Below are positions 23,751 to 36,897 of a DNA stretch of 50,776 nucleotides, in pieces. Positions within the stretch are counted from its first letter, which is position 1. Each line of letters starts with the position of its first letter. Location of the stretch: NCBI GenBank assembly GCA_051942205.1, contig JAVECO010000167.1:1-50776 (forward strand), given 5' to 3'. The notes beneath the pieces were generated by a model. The model was not told the origin of the DNA. It made no database searches and saw nothing but the letters and a program-made list of their open reading frames with translations. Source of the DNA: Coniocarpon cinnabarinum. Its lineage: Eukaryota. The position numbers and the translations under genes were made by a program.

Positions 23751-25922
23751 TCATGGATGCTGACGATTCCATTCACGGTAAAATTCTAGAGACTCGGCGG
23801 TGGCGATCGAAGCCGATGTTGTGACTTGCGACCCTGATAGGATCTTCTTCACGGCTCCTTCAATTTTCTTTCCATTTGATGTAATGGGAATGTCGGGACA
23901 TTGGTCAATCACGCCTAAGAGAATGAGCTTTCAGTTGACTGCATGAGGGATAGATCAAAACATACCCGGCACGTGTCTAGCACTCAATTCTTGTCTGATG
24001 ATAATCTTCATTTGCTCCCGAAGGCCATCGTTGAACGACTGGTTAGGCTCCATTTTTATGAACAGACATACTGTCTCGTCCATCTCACCTTTGTCTGCCC
24101 TTCGGCGGCCTACGCAAAGTGCATCTTGAACGACACCCGAAAAGTGCTTCAAAAGAACATTGTAGATCTCGGCAGATCCAAACCGCACACCAGCAGGATT
24201 AAGGACGCCGTCACTTCGCCCAAGCATCAAGAGTCCATCAGTTTTCGGGTTGAAAGCGACGTAATCACCATGATGCCAGACGGGGTTTCCAAGGCCATCA
24301 CCGAAGCGCTCGAAGTAGCTGCTTCGATATCTCGAGGCGCCTTCGCCATTGCCATCTAACATTGGCCAAAACCCGACGGGCTGGCATGGGAATGGTCTTA
24401 CACACACAAGATCACCTGCCTTTCCGGAAGCCGTCACATCGACCGGCTTTTCCCTTTCAGAGTCCGAGTCGAACGCTCTTATGGCCATGCCTAACCCTGC
24501 ACATTGTACTTCGCCAGCATGGACAGACACTAACGGACTGGGAGCTCCGAACAGGCTGATAATATCTGTACCACCAGTGATGGATGCTAAATTCACTTTT
24601 GCAGGCAATGCTGCGTAGACATAGCGGAATGTCGAAGGCGCCAACGGGGATGCAGTGTTGTAAATGGCTCTCAGAGAGGAAAGGTCAATGTGATGGGGAT
24701 CACGCATTGGATACAGCTGCTTCTGCTCTAACAATGAGAGATACTTTGCGCTTGTTCCGAACTGAGTTATTTTGAGCTCCGAGATCAGGCGTGGCATCGC
24801 AAGGTCATCTGGCCGGGAGCCTCCAGTAGAGGAGAAATACCGCATGGGCGATCCGTCGTACAATACCAGTGTTGCGCCGCTTGCTAGTCCACTCACCAAC
24901 CAATGCCACATCATCCACGTGCATGTTGTATAGTAAAATAACCGATCTCCAGGTCGAATATCGGCTTGAATTGCATGCTCCTTTTTGTGTTGGATCAAAG
25001 TACCGATTGCGCCGTGCACTATGCATTTGGGTTTCCCTGTAGTGCCTGAGCTGCTAAGGATATATACAGGATGATCCGGTGCGAGCTGTTTGAAATATGG
25101 CCCTGCATCACGGCCAGTGGTCTCGTGGAGACTATTGAAGTGAGTTTCATCAAGCACCTTACCGCTCTCCATTCCATAATTGGCTTGAGAGGAGACTGGG
25201 CCTAACAGCACAAGCCCTGCAAGGCTAGGTAGCTGTTTTACTACATCACGTACTTTTGATGTGACATCGTGCCTCTTGCCGTTGTACTCTTGTTGGGTGT
25301 CCGCAACCAGAAGCTTGGGCTCTATTTGCGAAAGTCGATCAACAACCATGCTTACCCCTGAATCTGGACTAATAGCCGTCCATATTGCACCTAGACTCGT
25401 TGAAGCTAGCATAAACACAATTGCATTTGCATGGTTACCGACATAGCCAGCCACCCTATCATTGATACTGATACCTAACGCCTCCATGCTCATTCGGCAC
25501 TTGTATACTCGCTCACGGAGCTCGCCCCAAGTAATGACCGCTCTGGAAGTTTCTGTCGCCTCAAGCAATGCAATACTTTGCGGGTCCGGCTCGCAGGATG
25601 GATGTAAGAGGTTTTCGGCAAAATTCATCTTGGCTCCAGAGAAGAAGGACGGGCGAGGAAACATGGGAAGCCTTTTGTCCAGGACATTGTCATATCTCTG
25701 GGAAGCACGGATTCCTGTGAAGCTCCAGACGCTTCCCCAAAAGGCGGACAAATCTCGACAACTCCATTCATGCAGGCCACGGTAGTCTTTAATATCAAGG
25801 TTGAAAGTCTGATTTACATGTTTTAGGAATCGCCACATCTGAGTTTCCCGAGGATTTCCGTGAGTCCATAGCTTCTCACCCGTGAACACATTCAACGCCT
25901 CATCATGTATGTCTTGTGACAT
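23751..25922 (-). CDS. Acetoacetyl-CoA synthetase (acetoacetate-CoA ligase), 2 exons
   Basis: MNFAENLL, AMP-binding SSSGTTGKPKCIVH, YYTTCTWMMW, SITGGTDIISLF, WHHGD, GRSDGVLNPAGVRFGSAEIY. An intron at ~23965-23916 adds a last exon with IPITSNGKKIE ending QHP* at 23751. Confidence 0.93.
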
Positions 25923-26365
25923 GGATGCTCGATCATTAGAGTATGAATGACTGAATGACTTGTAGGCGGGTGGCAACGAAGCTCCCGTCAACCACACGCA
26001 ACAGGCCGAACAGCGATGGCGCAGTCAGCGACGTCGCGCCGGATCTGGATATACAGCGACACGCAGCTCTGCTTGCGAATTGATAGATTACTTGAAGCTT
26101 CGAGATCTGACTGATGAATGCTGATGCTTTATGATGCGGATGGTCTGGTCTCAGCGCTTCACAAAAAGCCGCTGTCACGTGACTTTCTATCCAGTACTTC
26201 TACCTGCGCACATGCAGACACCAGCGAAATATAAAGACTACATGGATCCTGAGAGGCTCTGTTTTGAAGTTTTGACGCCTGTGTCGCCACACTCCGAGTA
26301 CTGTGGCCCGTACTCTGTGCAATCCCGCAGCATACTTTCGAGCATCGTTTCAGAAAGGAGCTGGC

Positions 26366-27410
26366 CTATTCAGAGCTCCCTATCGTGCCAGCGCCGGGCG
26401 GCCGTATCAACAGCTTATCCTCAGTGTCGTCAACTCCAGTGCCTGTCGGCTCAAACCCAAGATGATAATACATAGGTAAAGCATTCGGCACAGATATTAA
26501 CACGCAGAGTAACGCAGGAACCGCCGTATCAGCGCGGTTCATGCCATACTCCATTAGTTGGGTCCCAACACCACGTCCACGGTAATCACGCTTCGTGCAG
26601 ATGAGTGCGAGGAACCAGTGCGGACGCTCTCGCAATGCCTTCGTGCGGCAGACATCGAAGGCAGCAGCTTCCTCAAACCAGGCCGGCGTGTGATGCCCGT
26701 AGACAGTGGCCACATCGCCGTTGGACCACCCAAACTTTTTTTTCCACTCCAACTCGTGGACGAGGTCGTCGCGGAAAGGACATGGTACGTAGGTGTTTGC
26801 AAAAGCGATGCCTTTAATGCCTGCATACGATGTTCGGAAAATGGGATATTTCCCGTTCTCCATCCAAGCGGCAATTCCGATCATGTTGCGAGATTCTGAG
26901 TGAACAGCTTTTATGAGGTGATAGCCTGGCGTAGCGTTTATAGCCGAGAAATGCTTTGCCAGGCGTCTTCTTCGCTCGACAAGCGACGGTCGTGTCGCGA
27001 TGTCCTCGATGTGGTCCCAAAAGGTGTTGGGGAAAGCATCGTACATTAATGCTGCCTAGTAAACACTCATTAGCGTTATTCAAAGACGTTGATGTCTCGT
27101 TACGCGTAGGCATCGTGTTGCTCACGTATTGGTAGAGGTCCTCTTCCTCTACGGGGATTATGTCAATATCTTCATTCCTAAGACGGTTCTCTTCTATGAC
27201 TGGATTAAATGTTGGCTCAATATCTTCGGGCTCCTCATTCCCATAGTCCCCGCCATGACTGGTATGAGCATTAGCTTGTATCGCCTGTGATCGTCCATGA
27301 AGTCGAGAGAAATGTGAGAAGAACAACTTCGTCTTGTGAAGAAACTTATGCAGCGAAGCTATAAAATGTGACCGATGGCTTCCTGCATGTAAATGACCTG
27401 ATTGCTGCAT
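26366..27410 (-). CDS. GNAT-family N-acetyltransferase (start uncertain)
   Basis: HWFLALICTKRDYRGRGVGTQLM acetyl-CoA motif and MYYHLGF. Intron ~27125-27058 joins DIIPVEEEDLYQY|AALMYDAF. The only upstream in-frame ATG is at 27410. Confidence 0.8.
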
Positions 27411-28472
27411 TTGCCTGCTCCCGAATATTTGACGGCAAAGAGGCTCAAACAGAACTCAACACGAGGCTAGTATGCATGCTGTCAAGTAGAGACTGCACAG
27501 GTGTGGTTTGTAAAACGCTGTAGCCGAAGGATTAGAACACCACGTATGCATTTGCAGGCACGATCAAGATTATATGCTCCATAGAGAGGCACCGGGACAT
27601 TCTCGCACGATCGAAAGCACTGCCCCCCTGATTGGCTCAATACTCAAGTTATCCTGGGACAAGGCTACATGATGTGAACTAAGCCGTCCGTGTAACTGCA
27701 TGCAAGGAATATGGGTGTTGATAATGTATCGTCTCAAGTCTTTTGAGAGCGTTGTGAGTCGAACAATTATTTGGTGCAATAGGGAGAAGAGTGGATGGAA
27801 GGCACTGAGACTCACGTGACATATGAATCGATCACGTACATCGGCAGCGAAACTTTTTTCCTGCAGCAGCAATATTGTGTCGAGTTGTTGACTCTGAGGA
27901 ACATCAAAATGCTCCTAGCTAGCATGCACCGCTTTCCAGGATCTACAGGTCCGATACTGTGAAAGTTCCGAGATCGACACGTATTCGAGACGTGAAACTG
28001 CTCTGCACGAGGCCACCCCTGTTTTTATTGGGAGCTTGCTGACAAGGCGATACCATTGACGAATAAAGTGGCTCCCATGCTTGAGAACATCTCATGGGCC
28101 TCAACGGTGGTACTTAGATAGATTTGCCAAGCGCCCTGATTTTCGAGTCCGATCGCGCGGACGGATCAAATCGTGACATCGACATGAAAGAGGCAGCCGC
28201 ATTCTCCTCAACGAATCCTATCAGGGAGCCTACAACGGGTGTGCAGAAAGGGTGTAGTATCCAAAAAACCGAGCATTGCATGACAGATGAAGCTTCCGAA
28301 GCTCAGACCCCACTGGAGACCCCTCACAAACCATACGCGGTATCTGAGCAGTTCCACACTAACTAGCTTGACCTACCTACCCTTTCGCATCATTTCCCTC
28401 TGCGTCTCTTACGCACGCGCTCTTGTAATTCCCAACTGCACAATCACCTTTCAGCCTTAGCCAAGCATCACA

Positions 28473-29170
28473 ATGTCGTCTACGGCGCCTTTTGATGTGA
28501 GTGCTGGGATGTCGCATCAACGAAGGCTTTCGCAAGCTCACCGCGCCTTTCCTGCAGTTATACCATGTTTACAGTTATGCCACGGCTAGTTGGTACTTGA
28601 TTCGTGGGTTTTGTCGCATCGCGTGGCCGCGTGACGTGTACCACTGGTTTGAGGCCGACGACGCCCGAGATCCTACAAGTGCGTGAGACGAGAAACGCAC
28701 AGCCGTCCCTTCCCCCAGAGGATTGAACTAAGAAGCAATGTGAAACGATAGGCCTAGAACTATACAATATCCGCACCGACGCGACCGGCCTCGTTGCTCT
28801 GGCTTTCCTAACAATTGCGCTGTCCCGCACCTTCAACCCAACGTCGAAGCAGAGTGCGGCATCTACGGACAAACCCGGCGCGAGAGCTGCAATCGGCGGC
28901 ACCATAGCATATCATTTGGGCACCGCAATTTTTGCCTATCAGCAATGGGCTGTACGTCTTGACTGCATTTGCAAAGCGATTACAGCAGAATTGATACGTC
29001 GAAGCTGACGATTGATCTTTATTCTGCAGAATCCAAGTACCTCTACAGGAGCTATGTTGCTAGGTTGGACTTACAGCTCTGCGCTTGCTGTGGTCGGGGC
29101 GCTGGCTCTCGTCGAAGTTGACCGCACCCGCACCCCCATCCCGGCTTCTGGGGTCAAGAAAGGAACGTAA
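28473..29170 (+). CDS. Small hypothetical multi-pass membrane protein (161 aa, 4 exons)
   Basis: Exons 28473-28496, 28558-28678, 28752-28951, 29030-29170. All introns GT-AG and phase-consistent. Product MSSTAPFDLYHVYSYATASWYLIRGFCRIAWP...GVKKGT* with ~4 hydrophobic segments. Confidence 0.8.
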
Positions 29171-29246
29171 TGGATTAGGCGTACATGGATCTGTGAGCGC
29201 TATCGGCACGGACACGGGATGGGATCGCCGCGGAGAATAGAGCGCT

Positions 29247-29890
29247 TCATGCATCAAGCGCCTGGCGTGTAACTTGAAACAACGAAAAGTAGATGACATG
29301 TCCACTACTTCTGCTCTGCGTCGTGGGTGTATGCTTATCGGTCGCACATGTGATCGACTTGCTTCCGAAACCTTGCTTTTGCGCGCCGCCGAAAGCGAAT
29401 ACGATCTGTCGTTGACCTGTGGTGGTCAGGCTCAGGCTGAAAGTCTTGGCAAGACAGAGACCACGAGACCATGCAGAGCCAAGCAGAAACACAATTGGAA
29501 GTAATTCTTCAGTCGACTGGGTAGACTTCCAATCCAGGTGGAGCTTCCACGTGGCCTCTGTCTGCGCGTGATACACTTTTGCTGCAAATACCGAATTGAT
29601 ATCTAAGATCGTGAATCGATCGTGCATGCCTGTGACGCCATTCACACAAGTGAGAAGAGTCACTTGGCCCAATGCATACCTGATATTGGGCAGAGAAAAC
29701 TTAGGATAGGTAATATGAGGCTCATAAATTGGAACAGGCGCAGAGAATTCTAAGCACTAAGCAAAGACCGAACCGTGCAGCCAAGACTCCACCCTTCATC
29801 GCCGTCGGAACTGGCAAGCGATTGCCGTTAAACGGCTTGGTCGTCTTAGTGCCGCTGGTGCTGTCCTTCTGCGAATGAAGAGCGTAGGGG
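29247..29890 (-). CDS. Possible hypothetical protein or gene relic, 5' end unresolved
   Basis: ORF 29247-29679 (LLTCVNGVTGMHDRFTILDINSVFAAKVY) joins an upstream open segment in frame through a candidate intron 29773-29680 (weak GTTCGG donor). No family recognised. Confidence 0.3.
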
Positions 29891-31213
29891 CTGCGTTTAG
29901 GACGTCAAAGAGAGCCGCCGAATGCAGCGCGATCGCCTGCGTGCGGGCCGCGGCACGGTGGGGAGAGGACGTGCAACGAAGCAATTCCCGTCCATGATGC
30001 GCAGCCGAGCCGCGAAGCTTCGGGCATCAGGAGCAGAGGCCTGAGATGATCGCCTCCGCCGCGACCAGACATGGCACACGAAAAGAGCTTGGGGAAAGAT
30101 GTTGTTTCGGTCGCCGTGACTGAGGGTTGATGCTCATCTTGTGTTGGTCCAGCTGATCTGCGCCCGGCAGAGAGTCAGACTCCCAGAAGATTGGTTCGGT
30201 AGATGCAGCGCCTGCAGGCTACGAGTCGGCATCCATCCATCATCCTTGGTACGCTGTGCCTTTGTACACTGCACGGATTGGCGCCACTGAAAAGTCCAAG
30301 TCAGCTCGAATCCTTCTGGGGCCATTCAGCAATCCTTCGAGCCTCGCTCGGGCTATGCTGCTCGCACGAGAGCTCAGGGACAGTCTGCACACACACATGC
30401 ACAGGCGAGGTGTGTCGGGCAGTCAGTAGCGTTCATCGGGGTTGCGCACGGGTCGCCGTGTGCCTCCTGGGGGAAAATTAGACCCACGAGCCAGTTTGTA
30501 GCGTTAGGAGAACGCCGGTGTTGTCGCCAGAATGGGGGATCGCCTGTGTTGCTGCTCTTCTCTTGCACGGTGCGGAGGCACGGAGGACTGACACGCTTCC
30601 CCTTGTGCCCGGTCGCTGCTGCTAGTCTGTGTCTGCTGCTGATGGCATTGGCCGTGACTTGCTGCAGCATCGTCAAGCACGGGTAATGGATCCTCCGTGG
30701 TCAATGCGGCAGCAGATCTGATGCACACTTTGTCCGCCTGGCCTCACGTATCCTTGTCGTTCGAATTCTGACCAGGCCATCGCCGTTGGCTGTACTCGAC
30801 CAGTCATCGTCGTCGTCGCGCCTGCCCTGATCTCTTGGCTGCTCGTCCTTCCCTCGACCCCACTACTGGCTGTCACTCTGGCCTCTGCCTGGAGTCGTAC
30901 CCACCCGCAGGCTGCGCTCATCCTCCAGGAGCGCGTCTCGCACCGCAGCTGATATAGCACCTCGATTCCTCATCAGCCTGTGCGAGCGTCCTGCTGGACT
31001 GTTGGCATTTGCTGCTATTTGTCTGCACTCGATTGCCACCACGCGGCAAACTCCTCCCGGGCAGCAGACAGGAGCGGTTGCCTCAGGTCTCCACGGGGTC
31101 ATCCAAAGCTGCTTAAGACCACGCACCCAACTCCACGGCCACTGCTACTCATGCTGGGTCTGCACCTCTGAACCACATCCACGTCTACGCCTGGGTCCGC
31201 AGCCACTCGAAAC

Positions 31214-33973
31214 ATGTCAGCTCAGGCGGCGCCTGCACCACAGCAACCTTTGCCAGCGCAGACTCGTCCGCGGGGCACGTCCACCGCGTCGCCTAGTTCT
31301 GCGACCAAAGTCCGTAAACGAGTGCCAGTCTCTTGTAATTCGTGCCGGGTGCGCAAGTAAGTTAGCTTCACACGTCCGCCACGTGGCTTTTCGGTGTCTG
31401 CAAAAGGCGCCTCCGACGCCAGTCCTTGCTGACCACCTGTTCCATAGGTTGAAATGTGATCGTACGTTGGCCCTGCAGATGCGGCGTGCTCCATGGCGAT
31501 AAGCCATTCATGTCGAACAAAAGTATGACGAACGCATTGGCTGAACTAACATTCTTCCACAGGTAGCGAGCCTTGCTACAACTGTCTGCAGCGCAACGAA
31601 GAATGCAGCTACGCGCCAGATGCCCGGCCAGTCAATGCCCCGGGCGACGCTCGCCGCAGTGTGCAGAAGGCCAATGTGCAGGACAGGGTCAAGCATCTGG
31701 AGGCCCTGGTCATCTCGCTGATGCAAGAGCGTGATCAGCACCAGCGTGATGGGCCCAGCGTGCAACCGAATGCGTCGTCTGCTTCCGTGAATAGCCGCAC
31801 CCCGCCCTATCGTCCCGACTATGCACCCATCAATGGCGGCTCGCCAACGAGTGAGCGCAGCAACCTATCGCAGACATCCGACTCGGCCAAGTCGGCAACG
31901 CACATTGTTCCCCTGCACAGCAGTGGGCGTATCCTCAACAGAGAAGGCGAAGCTGGATATGTCGGACCGGAGCACTGGCAGACGATCCTGGAGAGTCTTG
32001 CAGATGTACGGGAATTCCTCGTCGACGATGACAGCCCTGACATATCCCCCGACATCATGGACATCGTTCCGCGTACCGAGGAGCCGTACTTGTTGATGCC
32101 ACATCCCCAAATGTTCGATCGTATGGAAATCTTGTCATCCATGCCGGACAAGCCGGATTGCGACCAGCTGGTCTACCGCTACATCAGCACGGTTGGGCCT
32201 ACCAGAGGTACGTGCAGGGCAACAGCTCCTCTGATCGCTGGCGACTGACCCATGTCATAGTGATGATCCATGGTCCGACTTTCATCAAGGCGGTAGGTGA
32301 TGCCGCAAAAGGCGAGCGTCATCTGTAATCAGATACGTGGCTGACGTTTGCAACAGTACGAGGAATTCTGGCAGAACTCAGACTCTGCCACCAACACGTG
32401 GCTCGGGCTTCTGTTTGGGATCATGTGTCTCGCCGTTGGGTTCCACCGGCGACGGCGCGAGCCACTCCCGCCTAGTCTGCAGGAAATCGGGGACGTTGCC
32501 TCCATCTATCGAGTGCGATCAGCCCAGTGTCTCATCAACGCCAACTATGCCAAGATAACCAAGTATACTCTCGAATCCTTGGTCGTGTACTCCTTTGCAG
32601 AATTTCTCCGGAGCAAGGATGTTCCCGTGACCACGGGGCTGATTGTGGAGATGGCAATTTCTATGGCCATACGAGCCGGCTTTCATCGCGACCCCTCGCA
32701 TTTTGGCAATCGGTTTACACCATTTGAAAAAGAAATGCGAAGACGGATCTGGTCAAACTTGGTCATCTCCGACATATCCATGTCATTTGATAACGGCAAG
32801 CCACGTGCTATCCACAGCCAATACGTCGACACTCAGATACCAGGCAACTACGCTGAGGAAGACTTTGATGAGTCTACTCAGGAGATGCCTCCAGAGCGCC
32901 AAGACGATGAACCGACCAATATATCATTCACCCGATCGAAGCTTCGCGTTGTTTATGCGTTCTCCTCAATCTACGACGCAACTCAACGAGTCACTCCCAT
33001 GAGTTATGACGAGGTCCTCCAGCTGGAAAGGAATCTCAATGAGGCATATGCTCTACTCCCATCGCATATGCACATCGAGTCCAGAGAGTTCAGGAACTGC
33101 GCCTTGTCGCAGGCGCTCATCTGGCAGTACAACGTAGGCATGATGTATCAAAAAGCTCGCTGTACGCTGCATCGACCGTACACTTTCGGGCTCGATTCAC
33201 TCGAACGCCAATCGTATTCAAGAGACATGTGTCAAGAAGCTGCTATGGAGATATTGCGATACCAACGCCAGCTCCAAGCGCATCTGAAGCCTGGTGGTGC
33301 TCTGCACAGAGAGTGGTTCTTTAGTCCGCAGGAGATTCAAGACTCCATCCTCGCTGCTATGCTCGTTTGTCGTGACCTCACCGTCGGGATTCCAGGGTCG
33401 CCAAACAATTGCACTGCCAAAGCTGACGACGCCAAAGAGCGACAACGTCGACACGACCAGATCCAAGCTCTCGAGGGGACCTGTCTCCTCTGGGATCAGC
33501 TCAAGAACTCTTCCGGAGACGCCTACAAAGCATATCTGGTCGTGTGCGAGGTGCTCCGCAAGCAGAAGCCCAAGACTGAGCCTCCGCCACAGTCGTTTGG
33601 CGCCAAGGCTTCTTCTTATAACGAAATCAACCCGCATCTTGTCACGAATGCGGATCCCTCCGCGGGTCGATACTATGATGAGGTCATGACGGCGCCGCTG
33701 TTGCCTCCGATGCAGGCGCAGCAGTGGACCTACAACACGTACAGTGCGCCTGCTACTCAGGTGCCGCAAATGCCGACAGCGCCCATCGCTCCGCTTCATC
33801 AGCAGCAGTATCAGTATGCGGCGAGTATGCCTCAGGACAGCATGTGGGTATGTGCCAGAGTCATCAAACTCCACTTGCACTCGGGATCACTGCTAACGAC
33901 GCATTAGGGTCTTTACAGCGGTCCGCTGTACAACGGACACTTCGGGCCGTGGCAACAACCCGCCACGAGCTGA
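31214..33973 (+). CDS. Zn(II)2Cys6 transcription factor with fungal-specific TF domain (6 exons)
   Basis: Spliced cluster CNSCRVRK|LKCDR|SEPCYNCLQRNEEC from exons 31214-31356, 31448-31461 and 31563-32207. Then 32261-32292 (VMIHGPTFIKA), 32356-33847 (AGFHRDPS, EKEMRRRIW, LHRPY) and 33908-33973. Confidence 0.9.
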
Positions 33974-34823
33974 GTGCGGCCGTAACCGTTCCTATTTTAG
34001 ATACCCGTGCTTTATAACAAAACTTCGGAGCTTTCGACTGGATGATGCGGAATCTACATATACGAGTCAGTTTTCCACCTACGGACACAGCATCGCTATT
34101 ATCTACAGCACCTATTTGTTGTCGCTTACTTCCACTCACCCAATCACAACCGTGGCAATGTCTTTGACAGGTCAGGCTGGACAATAAGGGTCATGTGATC
34201 GACATGTTAGGACCTGGAAAATCGCTGTGGTTTTGCCCTCTTATACCTCTTGTTTCTTGCAAGGATATCACCTGTCACAGTCCTATTGTACATCTATGAG
34301 TTACGAAAAGCAAATGATACCTCTTCTCTATCTAGATTGTACTTTGCATAGTGCCATTATCATGCTTTTCTAATCTGCCCGTGGATTTGGCTGTGTATGA
34401 GTCTTGTGACTGTACACTTCAGCCGACCCTTGGGTTTGCGTTTGCGTTCGTATTTTTTGAGCTTAGTTCGCAATATGATGGAAGTGTTGACTGCGGTTCG
34501 CTTTGAGACGTGGGGAATATCATGCATGGGTTCATTGGAAACGTAGAGAAGCCGGGATAGTACTCGCGTCATGGCGGTTTGGGTGGTTTAGGCTCATAGT
34601 CGTTGACTTGAGTTCCTGTATACCTGTATACCTGCATACCTGTAGCTCGTATACGTCGGGATCGTACAGGGATGCGTAGCCAATTTCGACTCTCACTCTT
34701 ACACTTGGATTCCGATTCTCTTACAACCCTCATTCTGCTCCGCTCTGCTGCTCTCAAGTTCCTGTTCCGCGGTCGTCGTTCATCCTACACTCCCCACATG
34801 CACTGGCCTCACCTCCTCTAATC

Positions 34824-36791
34824 TCATCCCTCACTCTCATTCCCCCATCCACCCTCCCATCCCCATCCAATTTCCCATCCCAAACCCACCCGACCCGGCC
34901 TCGCTCTGGGTCCCCAATAGCGATGTCTCCTCCACAATCGCGCAGTCCCATCATCACTGGTCGTGACAAGCGGTCCCTCAAACGAAGTCTTCATATCCTC
35001 ACATTCATCCACACCCATGTTTTGCTCGCCGTCGCAATCCGATCGCAAATCGAGCGGTTTGTCATATCTTTCTGCACCGCGCGCGAATGTCACGGCCGTG
35101 ACTTCGTGTGTGTGCCCGCCAACGAGTGGATGGCCTGTTTCGTAAATGGGCAGGTTGTCGTCAGGGTTGTCGTCGGTGTAAATGACGGGGTCGGAGGTGG
35201 GAAGGACGACAGCGCAGTTCGCGCCGCTGCCGACGGCCAGTGTCTCGCCTGCGGGATCACACGCGCCGCGGATGTAGAAGGAGTCGCAGCGGAAAGCCGA
35301 GTTGCGGAGGGCGTAAAGAGGCGCGGCGCCGGAACGGGTATTCCCGTGCTTCAACTTGCGGTTGGGAGAGGCGCTGTAGGATGGCACGCCGCCCAGTGCT
35401 AGATGCGACGTGGCGTATGCATAGATCTTGCTGTCTCGGCAGACGGCAAAGAGTTTCTGTGTAGACTGCGAGATGCAGAGGGACGTAATGCCCCACGTGC
35501 GGCGCCTGTGTGTTTCTGGTGGTTCGGTGATGGATAGTGAATTTGCGTATGTTGAGCTAGAGGCGCGTGTGGAGAGATTGCGCCGGCTGGGCATGCGGAT
35601 GTCCCAGGTGTAGAGATGAGCGCTAGAATCGGTGGCTGTAACAAGGAGATTGGGGTTCGAGGGGAGGAAAGTCATGGCTGTAATGGAAGGGAGAAGCGTG
35701 CGATTCGTGGAGGAGGGAGAAGGATGTGAGGATGGCGTGCCCGCTGGATTTGCTGATGGTATAGGCGGTGGCATAAGTGAGTGGGTGAGTCCGACCTCGC
35801 AGGGGACACCTGCTACTAAAGAGTTATTCGAGCGTATGTCCCAGAGACAGATCATGCCATCGCGTGAGCAAGTCGCCAGAGTGGAAATACTTCCTGGTTT
35901 CCATCGTACTTGCTTCAAGCTGCTGGAGTGTTCGGGCAGATCGAGAAGAGGCGTCTGGACCATCATGTCAGTGATGCAGGCGGATTGGTCGCCGCTGCCT
36001 GTTGCAACAAGGTTATCGTCGAAGGAGAAGTCGATATCCATGATGGCATTGGAATGCGGTCTGAAAAAGAGGTAGTTTTGATTGAAGTCGGCATTTGGAG
36101 CTGTATCCAAGATTCGCAAGTAGCCATCGTCGGTCGCGGTTGCAATGAGAGTGGATGTATTCGTCGCTGCTACCGTGAAGGGAACTGGATCATGGATGGA
36201 GTTGTCAAGTGCCCTGTAGCGATGTCTCGAGGAGGATGGAGTTGTGTAATACGGCTGATTGGCGAATGGAGACGGCAGATTCCATCCCGCATATAGACTC
36301 GTGTATCGAGTGCGTGGTTGAGGCTGGTTGTAGATGAGGCGTGTTCTTGCTTTTTGGACTCGGACTGGATATTCCTCAGTCTCCTCTTCCTCATCATCTC
36401 CGTCTTGTTCTTCGCCTTCACTCCAATGCTCCACAGCTGGCCCACAGGGACTAGACAAGGGCTGTTCGTGGCCGTCGGGTGGACTGGACTGGAATGCCTC
36501 TGGACTAGGTCTCCTACGTTTTCTGGGTCTGTTGTCGACATCGTCGAAGACCAGCGGGCCAACAGCACGGTTGTTCGCGTTCCTGGTGATGTCTCTAAGC
36601 TGCCGAGCACCTCTGGAGCTGGAGCTAGCATTGCTGCGAGGCGTGAAGAATCGACCAAAGCGACGAGGGGTCACCGAGGGCGGCTTTCGAGGTTTGGTGG
36701 AGCTGTGGGTGCTCGAGGGTGCAAGCGGAGACGACGGAAGGAATGTCTGGCTTGAGTGAGGGACATTCTCTTGATCGTCCCCGGGCTCCAT
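34824..36791 (-). CDS. CDT2: Cdt2/DTL WD40 substrate receptor of CRL4
   Basis: PPSVTPRRFGRFFTPR, HSNAIMDIDFS..ATGSGDQS, ATCSRDGMICLWDIR (DxR), DSFYIR, GHTHEVTAV, SDDGTARLW. Confidence 0.88.
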   Translation of the reverse strand: MEPGDDQENVPHSSQTFLPSSPLAPSSTHSSTKPRKPPSVTPRRFGRFFTPRSNASSSSRGARQLRDITRNANNRAVGPLVFDDVDNRPRKRRRPSPEAFQSSPPDGHEQPLSSPCGPAVEHWSEGEEQDGDDEEEETEEYPVRVQKARTRLIYNQPQPRTRYTSLYAGWNLPSPFANQPYYTTPSSSRHRYRALDNSIHDPVPFTVAATNTSTLIATATDDGYLRILDTAPNADFNQNYLFFRPHSNAIMDIDFSFDDNLVATGSGDQSACITDMMVQTPLLDLPEHSSSLKQVRWKPGSISTLATCSRDGMICLWDIRSNNSLVAGVPCEVGLTHSLMPPPIPSANPAGTPSSHPSPSSTNRTLLPSITAMTFLPSNPNLLVTATDSSAHLYTWDIRMPSRRNLSTRASSSTYANSLSITEPPETHRRRTWGITSLCISQSTQKLFAVCRDSKIYAYATSHLALGGVPSYSASPNRKLKHGNTRSGAAPLYALRNSAFRCDSFYIRGACDPAGETLAVGSGANCAVVLPTSDPVIYTDDNPDDNLPIYETGHPLVGGHTHEVTAVTFARGAERYDKPLDLRSDCDGEQNMGVDECEDMKTSFEGPLVTTSDDGTARLWRRHRYWGPRARPGRVGLGWEIGWGWEGGWGNESEG

Positions 36792-36891
36792 GGATTGCTC
36801 CAGCGTCTTGCCGGTTACCTCAAGAGAATGAAGAATATTGGTCTGAACATTTTATTGTAGCCGTCACGTCGAGACACGGTTTGGCGAGAAG

Positions 36892-36897
36892 ACGCGT
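36892..36897. promoter_or_regulatory. MCB-like element (ACGCGT) in the CDT2/RRP5 divergent promoter
   Basis: Exact MluI box ~100 bp upstream of the CDT2 ATG. cdt2 is an MBF target in fission yeast. A single hexamer is weak evidence. Confidence 0.4.

Noticed and set aside
23751..33973. Secondary-metabolite cluster (CoA ligase, GNAT, membrane protein, Zn2Cys6 factor)
   Set aside because: No PKS, NRPS or terpene backbone gene, and the ligase carries ordinary acetoacetyl-CoA synthetase motifs.
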